The notes: generated by a model not told the origin, from the sequence alone. A stretch of 64,000 nucleotides of DNA from Candidatus Eiseniibacteriota bacterium (GCA_963744995.1 CAVUWA010000002.1:32001-96000); one strand, 5' to 3'. Counted from the stretch's first letter, positions 1 to 10,379 are shown. Program-made: numbers and translations.

Positions 1-222
1 CGCCGGAAAGCGGGCGCGCGCGCCGCAAACCTCGTGTGCGGCGGAGCGAGCCGCCGGCGCGGCCGGCGACACGGCCACCGATCGGTGGTCTCGTCCGCGC
101 GCGCAACCCGGCCGGCGTGCAGGGCGTAGGGGAAACGAGGAGGGATTGCCATGCCATGGTCCCGGGGTGCAGCCGTTCGCGTGCACGCGTGTGCATCGCA
201 TGCCGTCCGCGCGCGGCGCGGT

Positions 223-1839
223 ATGCGCCGCGTCGCCATGCTCACGTTTGCCGTTCTCGTGCTGCTCGGCGGCGCCGCGCCGGTCGCGCACGCCGCGATC
301 CCGCCCGAGTGGGTGCCGCGCTGGCGCGCGGATCTCGACACGCTCGCCGCGAAGCTGCCCGCGATGCACGCGAACCTGTTCCACGCGATGCCGCGCGATT
401 CGTTCGAGGGGCGCATCGCGCGGCTGAAGCACGCGGTGCCCGGCATGACGCACGCCGAGATCGCGGTCGCGCTCGCCGGGCTGGTGGCGGACGTGCGCGA
501 CGGCCACACGCGGCTCACCCTGCCGGTGGATCCGGCCGCGGGCTTCTTCGGCGGGCACTCGTCGACGCCGGATCCGAAGATCGACGCGCTGAAGTTCCAC
601 CAGCTGCCGATCCGGCTCTACCTCTATGAGGACGGTCTCTACGTGCGCCGCGTCGGCCGCGCCCACGCGAACGCCGCGGGGGCGAAGGTGCTGCGTATCG
701 GCGACATGAGCGCCGCAGACGCGATGCGCGTCGTCGAGCCGATCGTCCAGCGCGACAATGCTGCGCAGCTTTCGAACCTGCTGCCGGACTTCCTGGTGGT
801 GTCCGAGGTGCTCGCCGCGCGCGGGGTGAGCCGCGACCCCGGTCATGCGGACTACGTGGTGCGGACGCGTGAGGGCCGTACGCTCACGCTCGATCTGGCC
901 GCGGTGCCGCTCGGCGGCGCGGTCGACTGGGCCGACGCCCGCGACGGGGCGCCCGCGCCCGCGCCGCTCTACCTGCGCGATCGCGGGAAGAACTACTGGT
1001 TCGAGCCGGTCGCGGACGATCGCATCGTCTACTGCCAGTACAACGAGGTGTACGACCAGGACGACGAGACGCTCGACGCGTTCGCGGACCGCCTGTTCGG
1101 CTACGTGGACACGCATCCGGTCGAGGCGCTGGTGCTCGACATCCGCGCGAACCCGGGCGGCAACAACGCGCGCAACCGGCCGCTGCTCATGGGGCTCATC
1201 CGCTGCGCGAAGCTGCGGGCGCCGGGACGCCTGTTCGTGATCGCGGGGCGCGGCACGTTCTCGGCGGCGATGATGTTCGCGCTCGACGTGGAGAAATACA
1301 CCCACGCGATCTTCGTCGGCGAGGAGACCGGCGCGCGTCCCAACCACTACGGCGACTCGCGCAAGCTCACGCTGCCGAACTCGGGGCTCACCGTGCGCGT
1401 CTCGACGCTCTACTGGCAGTACTCGGACCCGCGTGACGACCGCGCTGCGATTGCGCCCCAGGTGCCGGCGCCGCTGACCTCGGCCGACTACGCGGCGAAC
1501 CGCGATCCGGCGATGGACGCGATTCGTGGCATGGTGCTGGGGCCGCCCGCGGCGCCGGCGCTCGACGGCAGGCGGGAGGGTGTCCTCTACGCCGGCACCG
1601 GCGCCTACGCCTACGCGCTCGAGCGCGCGGGCAACGAGCTCACGTTTGCCTCGCCCGATCTGGGCGTCGAGGCGCTCGGTGTCACGCACCTCGAGAACGA
1701 CGCGACGCACCTCGCCTTCGACGTGCCGATCGAGTCGAGTCCGATGCACATCGAAGGCCGCTGGATGGGCGGCTGGTTCGTGGGCACCGCGACGATCCCG
1801 AAGAACGGTTCCTACCTGACGCTGATCCCGGCGCAATAG
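223..1839 (+). CDS. Secreted S41-family (tail-specific protease-like) peptidase
   Basis: Signal peptide (AVLVLLGGAAPVAHA); motifs DGHT, LVLDIRANPGGN, TFSAA, FVGEETG typical of S41 peptidases; ATG 223 is in frame with ORF 151..1839. Confidence 0.8.
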   Translation: MRRVAMLTFAVLVLLGGAAPVAHAAIPPEWVPRWRADLDTLAAKLPAMHANLFHAMPRDSFEGRIARLKHAVPGMTHAEIAVALAGLVADVRDGHTRLTLPVDPAAGFFGGHSSTPDPKIDALKFHQLPIRLYLYEDGLYVRRVGRAHANAAGAKVLRIGDMSAADAMRVVEPIVQRDNAAQLSNLLPDFLVVSEVLAARGVSRDPGHADYVVRTREGRTLTLDLAAVPLGGAVDWADARDGAPAPAPLYLRDRGKNYWFEPVADDRIVYCQYNEVYDQDDETLDAFADRLFGYVDTHPVEALVLDIRANPGGNNARNRPLLMGLIRCAKLRAPGRLFVIAGRGTFSAAMMFALDVEKYTHAIFVGEETGARPNHYGDSRKLTLPNSGLTVRVSTLYWQYSDPRDDRAAIAPQVPAPLTSADYAANRDPAMDAIRGMVLGPPAAPALDGRREGVLYAGTGAYAYALERAGNELTFASPDLGVEALGVTHLENDATHLAFDVPIESSPMHIEGRWMGGWFVGTATIPKNGSYLTLIPAQ

Positions 1840-2010
1840 CGCGGCCTGCGGGATCGCGGCGGTGCGCCGGCGCGCGGCGCGGGCGGCCGCCCCGCCGGCG
1901 CCCGCGCCGTTCGACGGCGCCCGCGGGGGCAGCGATTCGGGCCGCCGGCGTCGCGGCGGCGCCCGCCGCGCCGGCTCAAGCCCGCGCCCCGCCCCGGCCG
2001 ATACCCGGGC

Positions 2011-2688
2011 ATGTTCACCTCCCTGCGCATCGCGCTGCCGGCGCTCGGCGCCGCGCTGCCCGACGCGGCGCTCGCCGCCGTGTTCCTCGCCGCGTGGATC
2101 GCGCCCGCACGCATGGGCGACGGCATCGTCGGCTGGTGCCTGCTCGTCATGCTGCTCGAGTTCGTGATCGTGCACTCGTCGGTGTTCCTCGGGAATCTGC
2201 TGCTCGCGGCCGGCGACCGGATGAAGCGACTGCAGACCGGCATGGCGATCGGCGGCTTCTACACGATGTTCGTCGCCGGCTTCGCGGTGGCATTCCACTC
2301 GTGGTGGCCGCTCGTGAATTTCTGGGGCCTCACGGCCAAGCGCCTCGCCAGCGTGTTCGCCGGCGTCGTCCCCTCGGGCGAAGAGAAGATGCTGATGCGC
2401 CGCACCTGGGCGGCCTCGGTGATGTTCTACCTGCTCGGCGTGTTCGTGACCGTATTCCTGCCGGTGCCGCGGCTCGGCATCACGCGCGAGGTCGTGCGCA
2501 CCGCGCACCTGCCGTCGAGCGGCCTGTGGGTCGCCCATCCCGAGCGCGTCGTCGCCTTCGGATTCCTGTACTTTGCGCTGATGGCGATCTCGGGTCTGAA
2601 CGGCCACCGCTGGGCGCAGAGCGGCATTCCTAAGGACGCCGCCGACGCGGCCGCCGCGCGCGGCGACGCGGGCCACCGCGCCGCGTGA
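2011..2688 (+). CDS. Uncharacterised multi-pass membrane protein (paralogue A)
   Basis: About 6 hydrophobic segments; shares LLEFxxVHS, LPxPRLGIT and GLW motifs with the next gene. Confidence 0.7.
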   Translation: MFTSLRIALPALGAALPDAALAAVFLAAWIAPARMGDGIVGWCLLVMLLEFVIVHSSVFLGNLLLAAGDRMKRLQTGMAIGGFYTMFVAGFAVAFHSWWPLVNFWGLTAKRLASVFAGVVPSGEEKMLMRRTWAASVMFYLLGVFVTVFLPVPRLGITREVVRTAHLPSSGLWVAHPERVVAFGFLYFALMAISGLNGHRWAQSGIPKDAADAAAARGDAGHRAA

Positions 2689-3332
2689 ACGGCCCGCGCG
2701 CGGGATTCCCGCCGCCGGCGCTGGCCGGTCCGGGCTCGGCGCTCCCCGACTTCGCCCTAGCCGTGGTGTTCGCGGCCGCGTGGATCCATCCCGCGAGCCT
2801 TCCCGACCGGACCGTCGCCTGGTGCGTGCTGGTGATCCTGCTCGAGTTCTTCGTCGTGCACTCGGCCGGCTTCACGGGCTTCGTGATGACCGGCGGCCAG
2901 CCGCCGCAGAAGAAGCTGCTCGGCATGCTGGGGCTCGGCGCGTTCTACACGCTGCTGCTCGGCGGGATCGCGATCTCGGCCGGGTCGTGGTGGCTGCTGG
3001 CGAGCTTCTGGGCGCTGATGCTGAACCGCATGCTGAGCGGCCTGTTCGTACGCGGCGGCGACGGCGAGCGCATGTTCGTGATGGCGTCGTGGGCGGTGAG
3101 CGTCTTCTTCTATATCGTGTTCGTCATGCTCACCTGCATCCTGCCGATCCCGCGGCTCGGGATCACGCCCGCCGTGGTGGGCGCGCAGGGCTTCACGATC
3201 GGCGGTCTGTGGACCAGCGAGCCGCACCGCGCGGTCGCCTGCGGCGCGTTCTACTTCTTCGCGATGGGCGTGTCGGAGCTGTTCATGCACCGCTGGATGG
3301 GCGGCCGCGCGCGCGTGCCCGAGCCGGCCTGA
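2685..3332 (+). CDS. Uncharacterised multi-pass membrane protein (paralogue B)
   Basis: GTGA overlap with upstream paralogue; same motifs (LLEFFVVHS, LPIPRLGIT, GLWTSEPHR). Confidence 0.7.
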   Translation: MNGPRAGFPPPALAGPGSALPDFALAVVFAAAWIHPASLPDRTVAWCVLVILLEFFVVHSAGFTGFVMTGGQPPQKKLLGMLGLGAFYTLLLGGIAISAGSWWLLASFWALMLNRMLSGLFVRGGDGERMFVMASWAVSVFFYIVFVMLTCILPIPRLGITPAVVGAQGFTIGGLWTSEPHRAVACGAFYFFAMGVSELFMHRWMGGRARVPEPA

Positions 3333-3424
3333 GCGCCGCGCGCGCCGCGCCCGCGGCGCAGCGACGCCGTGCCGGTGTCCGCCGCACGGCGGCGGCCGCG
3401 GCGGCCTCGCCGGGCCCGCCGGCA

Positions 3425-3456
3425 CACGAAACGAGGGGGCCCGAAAGCCCCCTCGT
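3425..3456 (-). terminator. Intrinsic terminator hairpin between convergent genes
   Basis: ACGAGGGGGC-CCGAAA-GCCCCCTCGT perfect 10-bp stem, short U run on the minus strand. Confidence 0.65.
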
Positions 3457-3479
3457 CCCGCTGCGAATGTCCGGCCCGG

Positions 3480-6218
3480 TCATCGCACCCGGATCACCCG
3501 CTGCGTGAGCGCCTCGCCGTCCACGCTCAGCTTCACCATGTAGATGCCGGGCGGCAGCGACCGTCCCGCCTCGTCGGTGAAGTCCCATCGCTGTGCGTGC
3601 TCACCCGCCGGCATGCGCCGCGCCGCGAACCGCCGCACGCGGCGTCCATTCACGTCGAACGCCTCGAGTGCCACGTCCGCCTCCCGCGGCAGCGTGTAGC
3701 GGATGGTGGTCGCCAGGCGCGCCGGATTCGGGGCGAGCGGCGCCATCCACAGGCCACGCGGCACGCCGTCGCCGACGTCGACCGTCGACGGAATCACGGC
3801 GACCACATAGTCCTCGGTCTCGCCGTCCTGGAAGTACCCGTTCGGCTCGCTGACGGAGCCGTTCCAGGGGAAGTCATCCTTGACCGGCTGCGGGGTGAGC
3901 GTGATCCGCATCCAGGCGAGGCCGGTGCTGTCGGCGACCTCGATCGACGGCGTGCTGTACGTGCCGCAGCCCGGGATCAGGCTGATCGACTCGTTCTTGA
4001 CCGCCCACTCCGGCGTGCAGACCTTCCTGTGGAAGCAGATGGCGTTGTCGTTCCAGTCCCCGTCCTGATTCCAGTCGATCAGCACGTTGAGGTAGACCTT
4101 CTGCTCCACCGTCGCGCAGCTGTACGCGTTGAAGGTCACCGTCTGCGTCGAGCAGGCGCCGAACGCCAGCCGGTTGACGAGCCCGGCGTCGAGATCGCCG
4201 TAGCACTCGTCCTGGCCGAACACCAGGCCGAGGTTCTCCACGCAGTCGACCAGCTGCGCCGCGTCGCAGGCGCTGTTGCCGCCGCCGATGTTGACCTTGC
4301 CGTCGATCTCGCCGTCCACGCCGAGCGACGGGTCCACCGCGCTGCCGCAGCCGAGCCAGAACTTGGTGGTGTCCGAAGCGGGCACCACGTGACGCACGTA
4401 CCCGGCAGGTCCCGGCGAGGTGCCGAGCGGATCGCCGCACGCGATGTCGATCGAACCGACCGGGCCGGGGGCGAAGCAGGTGGGGAAGCGGCCGAGGGTC
4501 CCGGACGGATACGCGTTGATGTCCTCCGGCGCGTCGCCCATGTCCTGGTAGCCGAAGTCGCACGCCGTGGGGGCGGCGATCGTCACCGGATAGTCCTCGG
4601 TCTCTCCGCCGGTGAACGTGCCGATGAGCGGAGATTCCGAACCCTCCCACGGGAAGTTGTCCGACACCGGAACGAGCGTCACGGTCACGCGCATCCAGCC
4701 CTCGCCTTCGTACGGCCCCGCGAGGATCGCCGGCGTGAGGAGCGGCGTGCAACCGGGCGCCAGCGTCACGGCGAAATTCTTGAGCGCCCACTCGTACGCG
4801 CATTGCTGCTGGGTCTCGTCGCAGAAGAAGTTGTCGTTCCAGTCGCCGTCGCGGTTCCAGTCGACGAGCACGTTCACATACGCCACGACCGCCGCGGCGC
4901 CGCAGTTGTAGAGGCTCAGGCGCACTCTGGTCGTGTCGCAGCTCGTGAACTGGACCGGCGCGGCCACGCCGGCGTCGGTGTCGCCGTAGCACTCGTCCTG
5001 GCCGAACTGCATGCCGAAGGCGTTCTCGACGCAGTCCACCGGGATCTGCGAACACATGCTCGTCGCGCTGCCGTCGTCGTTGCTCTTGCCGTCGGTTTCG
5101 GAATCGACCGAGCCCGGCGGTACCGCGGTGCAGCCGAGCCATACCGCCGGGTCGCCCGCATGACGCACGTGACGCACGTAGCCGGTCGGGCCCGGGGGTG
5201 TGCTGAGTGGCGGACAGGCGATTTCCTGCGTTCCCGGGCCGGTGCTGAATGCACAGGTCGGGAAGTGGCCCGGGATCCCCGGGTACGCCATGAACTCTTC
5301 GGGCGCATCGCCGAAGTCCTGATACTCGGGGCAGGCGGAGGTCGACGAGCCGATCTTCACCGGATAGTCCTCGGTTTCCCCGCGCTTGAGGAAGCCGTCG
5401 CCGGCGGCCCCGGCGGAGCCCAGCCACGGGAAGTCGTCGGTGACGATCTCGTCGCTGATCGTGATCCGCATCCAGCCGTCGCCTTCTACCGGGCCGCCGG
5501 TGAAGGCGGGGGAGGTCAGCGTGTCGCAGCCGGGCGCGATGGCGATCAGCAGGTTCTTGACCGCCCACTCGTAGGCGCACAACTGCGCCGGCTCGTCGCA
5601 GAACAGGTTGTCGTTCCAGTCGCCGTCGTGATTCCAGTCGACCAGCACGTTCAGCCACACGTGCTGCGTGTCGGCCGAGCAGTTGTAGGTGGCGAACGTC
5701 ACCGTGGACGGGGCGCAGGTGACGAGGTTCGTCGAGATGAGCCCGGCGTCATTGCTGCCGGTGCACTCGTCCTGACCGAAGTTGAGGCCGAACGCCGGCT
5801 CCACGCAGTCGACCAGCAGCTCGCTGCAGAAGCTCACCGAGTTGCCGGACGAGTTCGTCTTGCCGTCCCGTTCGCTGTCGACGCCCAGCGGCGTGGTGCC
5901 CACCGCGCCGCAGCCGAGCCAGTAGTTGGCGAGCCCGGCGACCGAGACGTGCCGGACGAAACCGGCCGGACCGGGCAGCGAGCTGATCGGCGTACATGAC
6001 GCTTCCTGCGTGCCGACCGGGCCAGGGGTGGAGCAGGTCGGGAACCTGCCGATCACCCCGGCGTAGGCGTCGCTGCCTTCCGGCGCGTCGCCCCAGTCTT
6101 CGATCTGGCGCTGGCAGTCGTCGCCACCGTCGACGTCGGTGGCGAGGGTCGCAGTCGGGAACACGAGCAACGTTCCGGCTGCGATGGCGAAGATGCAGAT
6201 CCGCGGTGCGTTGAACAC
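3480..6218 (-). CDS. Secreted Cys-rich protein with three tandem GEVED-type repeats and a C-terminal FlgD-Ig/T9SS-like domain
   Basis: GTG 6218 preceded by GGGAGG; signal peptide; three ~270-aa units DxGDAPE...DWNxDGDWND...WMRxT...GETEDY; C-terminal PNP...FDVNGRRV...GIYMVKL. Confidence 0.8.
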   Translation of the reverse strand: MFNAPRICIFAIAAGTLLVFPTATLATDVDGGDDCQRQIEDWGDAPEGSDAYAGVIGRFPTCSTPGPVGTQEASCTPISSLPGPAGFVRHVSVAGLANYWLGCGAVGTTPLGVDSERDGKTNSSGNSVSFCSELLVDCVEPAFGLNFGQDECTGSNDAGLISTNLVTCAPSTVTFATYNCSADTQHVWLNVLVDWNHDGDWNDNLFCDEPAQLCAYEWAVKNLLIAIAPGCDTLTSPAFTGGPVEGDGWMRITISDEIVTDDFPWLGSAGAAGDGFLKRGETEDYPVKIGSSTSACPEYQDFGDAPEEFMAYPGIPGHFPTCAFSTGPGTQEIACPPLSTPPGPTGYVRHVRHAGDPAVWLGCTAVPPGSVDSETDGKSNDDGSATSMCSQIPVDCVENAFGMQFGQDECYGDTDAGVAAPVQFTSCDTTRVRLSLYNCGAAAVVAYVNVLVDWNRDGDWNDNFFCDETQQQCAYEWALKNFAVTLAPGCTPLLTPAILAGPYEGEGWMRVTVTLVPVSDNFPWEGSESPLIGTFTGGETEDYPVTIAAPTACDFGYQDMGDAPEDINAYPSGTLGRFPTCFAPGPVGSIDIACGDPLGTSPGPAGYVRHVVPASDTTKFWLGCGSAVDPSLGVDGEIDGKVNIGGGNSACDAAQLVDCVENLGLVFGQDECYGDLDAGLVNRLAFGACSTQTVTFNAYSCATVEQKVYLNVLIDWNQDGDWNDNAICFHRKVCTPEWAVKNESISLIPGCGTYSTPSIEVADSTGLAWMRITLTPQPVKDDFPWNGSVSEPNGYFQDGETEDYVVAVIPSTVDVGDGVPRGLWMAPLAPNPARLATTIRYTLPREADVALEAFDVNGRRVRRFAARRMPAGEHAQRWDFTDEAGRSLPPGIYMVKLSVDGEALTQRVIRVR

Positions 6219-6614
6219 GGCGACCTCCCTGGGAGAGGGGACCACGAGGAGGCTCGGCCCCGGCGCGATGAAGCGCCGAAGCGAGACGTGGCTGACCCGG
6301 AGGCAAGGCAGGGGAGGGCGCGGCCGGTCCGCGGAGTGTGCCCCCGACCGCCGGCATCGCCAAAAAGAAAAGCCGTGCCAGCGCAGGCCGCGTGCCGGCC
6401 GCGAAAGCCGACCTCGCCACGGGCGCTGCGCTCAATGCGGTCTCCGCGCGCGAGTTGGAGCGCCGGCCCCGGATTCGGGCGCCGCGGGCCCTGAGCTTTT
6501 TTTTCGCATTGCAATCGGAGGTCCGGGCCCCAATGCTCCGACGGTTCGTACTGGCGCGACGCGGGGCGACGACCCCCGGCGCGCAACCCACGACCCTTCC
6601 GGGGAGGACGCATC

Positions 6615-7556
6615 ATGCTTGGAACGAATTCGATGCGGCGCATCCGCTTGCTGCTCGCGCTGGCGGGCATCCTCGCGGTCGCCGCCTCGCCGGCGTTCGC
6701 AAAAGACAAGGCCGAAGAAGATGACGGGATTCCGGTCTGCGATCACAAGATCGGCACGGTCGCCGTCAAGGAGCCCGAGACCAACTGGTGGCGCGAATAC
6801 AACCTCGAATCGCCCGAGGCGCTCATCAAGGTGTTCGTGTCGGAGTCCAAGTGCTTCACGCTGGTGGACCGCGGCAAGGGTCTCCAGGCCGCGCAGCAGG
6901 AGCGCGCGCTCGCCTCGAGCGGCGAGATGCGTGTGGGCTCGAACGTCGGCAAGGGCCAGATGAAGGCGGCCGATTACGTGCTGGTGCCGGACATCGTCAA
7001 CAAGAACGCGAACTCGAGCGGCAAGAAGATCGGCGGCCTGCTGGGCGGTATCGTCGGCGGCAAGGCCGGCGCGGTGCTCGGCGGCGTGAACCTCAAGAGC
7101 AAGACCGCCGACGTGGTGCTGACCCTCACCGACGTGCGCTCGACCGAGCAGGTCGCGCTGGTCAAGGGCCACGCGAAGAAGACCAACGTCGGCTGGGGCG
7201 CGGGCGCCGGCGCCTTCTGGGGCGGCTTCGCCGCCGCCGGCGCGAGCAGCTACGCCAACACCGAGATCGGCCAGGTCGTGGCGATGGCCTACCTCGACGC
7301 CTACAAGAAACTGGTCGCCGAGGTGCAGGCGAACACCCCGAACGCGAAGGAAGACAACGTCGGCCAGGCGGTCACGATGTCGAAGCCGGGCCGCATGTAC
7401 GCGAAGCCCGATCCGAAGTCCGAGGTCGTGCGCGAACTCGACCCGGGCATGATGCTGTATCCGACCGGCGAGAAGTCGGGCGTGTGGTGGAAGGTGTCCG
7501 ACGAGCTCGGCAACGAGGGCTGGGTCTCGTCGGTGCTGTTCAAGCTCGCCAGGTAG
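6615..7556 (+). CDS. CsgG/HfaB-family protein with C-terminal SH3-like domain
   Basis: GGAGG RBS, signal peptide, SKCFTLVDRG...ERAL...GQMKAADY core; C-terminal WWKVSDELGNEGWVS. Confidence 0.75.
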   Translation: MLGTNSMRRIRLLLALAGILAVAASPAFAKDKAEEDDGIPVCDHKIGTVAVKEPETNWWREYNLESPEALIKVFVSESKCFTLVDRGKGLQAAQQERALASSGEMRVGSNVGKGQMKAADYVLVPDIVNKNANSSGKKIGGLLGGIVGGKAGAVLGGVNLKSKTADVVLTLTDVRSTEQVALVKGHAKKTNVGWGAGAGAFWGGFAAAGASSYANTEIGQVVAMAYLDAYKKLVAEVQANTPNAKEDNVGQAVTMSKPGRMYAKPDPKSEVVRELDPGMMLYPTGEKSGVWWKVSDELGNEGWVSSVLFKLAR

Positions 7557-7619
7557 CGCGCCGGGGTCCGCGGGCATCGCATGCCCCGGCGGACCCCGGC
7601 CGATGCGCTGCAGGCGCGC

Positions 7620-7649
7620 GCGGGCCCCCGATCTCCATCGGGGGCCCGC
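7620..7649. terminator. Hairpin between convergent genes
   Basis: GCGGGCCCCCGAT-CTCC-ATCGGGGGCCCGC 13-bp perfect stem. Confidence 0.55.
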
Positions 7650-7674
7650 TGCGTTCCGCTGCGTTCCGCGGCGG

Positions 7675-8085
7675 CTACTTCGCCTTCAACGCACGCGCCG
7701 CGCGCGCGTAGTCCTTGTCCTTCACCCAGAGCATCATGCCGAACTGGCCCTTGCCGGCGCACACGGCATCCGCCGCCGTCACGTTGATGCGCCGCTCGGC
7801 GAGCCGCTCGATCTGACGCTGCACGGCCCCCACGCGATCGGCGCCCTGAATGAGGAATCCCTTCTTCGCGGGGCTCAGGCGCCAGCCGTTCTTGCGGGCG
7901 ACGCGCCGGATCGGAGCGACGGAACTCGCCACCATGTCGAGCTGCGCCTTGCCGCCCTTGACCGGAAAGCCGGAATAGGCGAGCAGATTCACGCCTTCGG
8001 CTTTGAGCGCCCCCAGCACTTCTGCTCCCTTGCCGGCCCGGTTCGGAACCGTCACGTAGCAGTAGTTGACCTTTCGAACTGCCAT
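7675..8085 (-). CDS. ACT-domain-like small protein
   Basis: AGGAGG RBS; two ACT-like halves (PNRAGKGAEVLGALKAEGVNL; DRVGAV...LAERRINV). Confidence 0.65.
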   Translation of the reverse strand: MAVRKVNYCYVTVPNRAGKGAEVLGALKAEGVNLLAYSGFPVKGGKAQLDMVASSVAPIRRVARKNGWRLSPAKKGFLIQGADRVGAVQRQIERLAERRINVTAADAVCAGKGQFGMMLWVKDKDYARAARALKAK

Positions 8086-8378
8086 CGCGGACCTCCTGTC
8101 GTGGGAATGGATGGCCGCCCGCGGGCGGTTCCGGAGATCCTACGCTCACGCGCCGGATCGGCAAACAGAAAGCATGCGCGCGTCGTTGCGCGATTCCCGC
8201 CGGGCGCCGCGTCATGAGCCCGTCAAGAGTGGCGTGTCGGACACCGCGCACGTGCCGCGTGATGCTAGGTTGCCGCCATCCGGCGGCGCGTTTCCGAACG
8301 CCGCCGGAGCGAGGTTGGCTGCGGTGACTGGGCGCGGCGGCAGGTGCAGAGGGACACCTTCGTCGCGCCCGACTGTTT

Positions 8379-10379
8379 TCAGCCGCGCGGCTTTCCCGCC
8401 TGCGGCAGCCCGATCCTGCCGACCAGGGCGTCGAATTCCGGCATGCCGCGCACGGCGTCCATGCGCGGATCCGCGTTCAGCATGATCAGGTCGATCTCGC
8501 GCGCCTCGAACGAGCGCTCGAGCCATTTGAGCGCTTCCTGCTTCTCGCCGAGCGCGGCGTAGTCGAGTGCGATGTCGTAGGGCGAGACGTACTCGTGACG
8601 GCTCGCCGCCACCGCCTCCGCCGCGTTCTCCGCCCGCCACTTCCGCCAGCCCTCTCGCTCGAAGCGCGCACGGGCGGCGGCCACGTCCTCCGGCGTGTGG
8701 CCCGACAGCGTCATCGCTTTCAGCGTATGGAACAGGTAGCCGTCCATGTCGCCCTTCACGAAGCACACCCACGACAGGTCGTCGTGGGCCACGTAGAAGT
8801 TGGGGTCGAGCTGCAGCGTCTTCAGCAGCTGGAAGTTCGCGTCCTCGTAGCGGCGCGCCATGAACAGCAGCCAGCCGCGATCCGAGTTGAGGATCAGCGA
8901 CAGCGGGTCCACCTCGAGCGCCCGGCGCGATTCGCGCAGCGCCTCGTCGCCGCGCCCGGTCGCGGCGAGCAGGATCGCGTACATCTCGTGCGCGGCGGCG
9001 TCGCTCGCGTTGATCGCCAGCGCGCGGCGCAGCGAGGATTCCGCCGGCTTCCAGTCCCAGTCGAACGCCATCTGGATCAGACCGAGCGCGCTCCAGCCTT
9101 CGGCGCTCGTGCTGTCGATCGCCAGTGCGCGCCCGGCGGCCGTGCGTGCCAGCGGGAACACCTCGCGCGGCGGCAGGAAGTCGTAGATCCCGACCATCGC
9201 GTAGGTGGTCGCGAGCCCGGCCCACGCCGGCGCGTAGGTCGAGTCGGCGGCGATCGCCTCGCGGTAGGCGGCGCCCGCGCGCCGGAATCCCTCCGGCGTC
9301 TGCTGGTTCCAGAAGTGCCGCGCACGCAGCACCGCGTCGTGTGCGGCCGGATTCACCTGCGTCGCGCCCGCCCGCGTCGGCGCGGGCAGCAGCTTCAGGG
9401 CCAGCGCCCGGGCGACGTGTGCGGCGATGTCGCTCTCGAGCGCGAGGACGTCACGGGCGTCGCGGTCGAACGAATCGCTCCACAGCTGGGTGCGGCGATC
9501 CACCTCGACGAGCGACGCGCTCACCCGCACGCGTTCGCCCTCGCGGCGCACGCTGCCCTCGAGCACGAAGTGCGCGCCGAGCAGCCGGCGCGCGTCGTCG
9601 AGGTCGTGCCCGGCGTCGGCGAAGCGGCGCGCCGAGGTGCGTGCGATCACCCCGAGCCTGAGCGGATCGAGCCGTCCGAGCCGCGTGATCATCTCGTCGG
9701 CGAGCCCATCGCCCAGCCACACGTCGCTCGAATCCGGACCGAGCGTGGTGAACGGCAGCACGAGCAGCGTGCGGCGCCGGCCGTCGTCGGGCGGGTGCCG
9801 GGCGACCGCGAACAGAATGACCGCGAACACGGCGACCAGCGTCATGCCGAGCGCCATGCCGGAGAGGAAGCGGCGCCGGCGGACGCCGGCGTGCTCGTCA
9901 TCGCCGGCGCCGGGCCGGGTGGCGTGGCCCGCGGCCTCATGGTGCGCCGTCGCACCCGGCGCTGCGGCCCCCCCCGTCCGCGGGCCGGCGCCGGCGTCCG
10001 CCGCCGCCCCGCCGGCACCACCCGCTGCCGCCGCGATCGGCGCGGCGTCGACCAGGAAGCGATACCCGCGGCGCGGGATGGTCTCGACGTAGCGCGGCGC
10101 ATCGGCGGAATCCTCGAGCGCCTCCCGCAGGCGCCGCACCGCGGCGTTGAGGCTGGTCTCGAAGTCCACGATCACGCCCGGCCACAGCCGCTCGTGCAGG
10201 CTCGCGCGCGTCACCAGACCGCCCTTCGCCTCGATCAGCGCGACGAGCAGCTCGAACGGCTTGTCCTGGAGCCGCACGCGGCGGCCCTCGCGGGTGAGCT
10301 CGGCCGTGGCGAGGTCGAGCTCGAACGGGCCGAAGCGGAAGCCGCGCGGCGCGCCGCCGCCCGCGGCCGCGTCAGCCAC
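8379..10379 (-). CDS. Winged-helix (OmpR/CadC-like) DNA-binding, TM, TolB-like and TPR regulator
   Basis: FRFGPFELD...YVETIPRRGYRF; TM helix; LVLPF...DGLADEMITRL...EGSVRR; TPR repeats. Confidence 0.85.
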   Translation of the reverse strand: MADAAAGGGAPRGFRFGPFELDLATAELTREGRRVRLQDKPFELLVALIEAKGGLVTRASLHERLWPGVIVDFETSLNAAVRRLREALEDSADAPRYVETIPRRGYRFLVDAAPIAAAAGGAGGAAADAGAGPRTGGAAAPGATAHHEAAGHATRPGAGDDEHAGVRRRRFLSGMALGMTLVAVFAVILFAVARHPPDDGRRRTLLVLPFTTLGPDSSDVWLGDGLADEMITRLGRLDPLRLGVIARTSARRFADAGHDLDDARRLLGAHFVLEGSVRREGERVRVSASLVEVDRRTQLWSDSFDRDARDVLALESDIAAHVARALALKLLPAPTRAGATQVNPAAHDAVLRARHFWNQQTPEGFRRAGAAYREAIAADSTYAPAWAGLATTYAMVGIYDFLPPREVFPLARTAAGRALAIDSTSAEGWSALGLIQMAFDWDWKPAESSLRRALAINASDAAAHEMYAILLAATGRGDEALRESRRALEVDPLSLILNSDRGWLLFMARRYEDANFQLLKTLQLDPNFYVAHDDLSWVCFVKGDMDGYLFHTLKAMTLSGHTPEDVAAARARFEREGWRKWRAENAAEAVAASRHEYVSPYDIALDYAALGEKQEALKWLERSFEAREIDLIMLNADPRMDAVRGMPEFDALVGRIGLPQAGKPRG

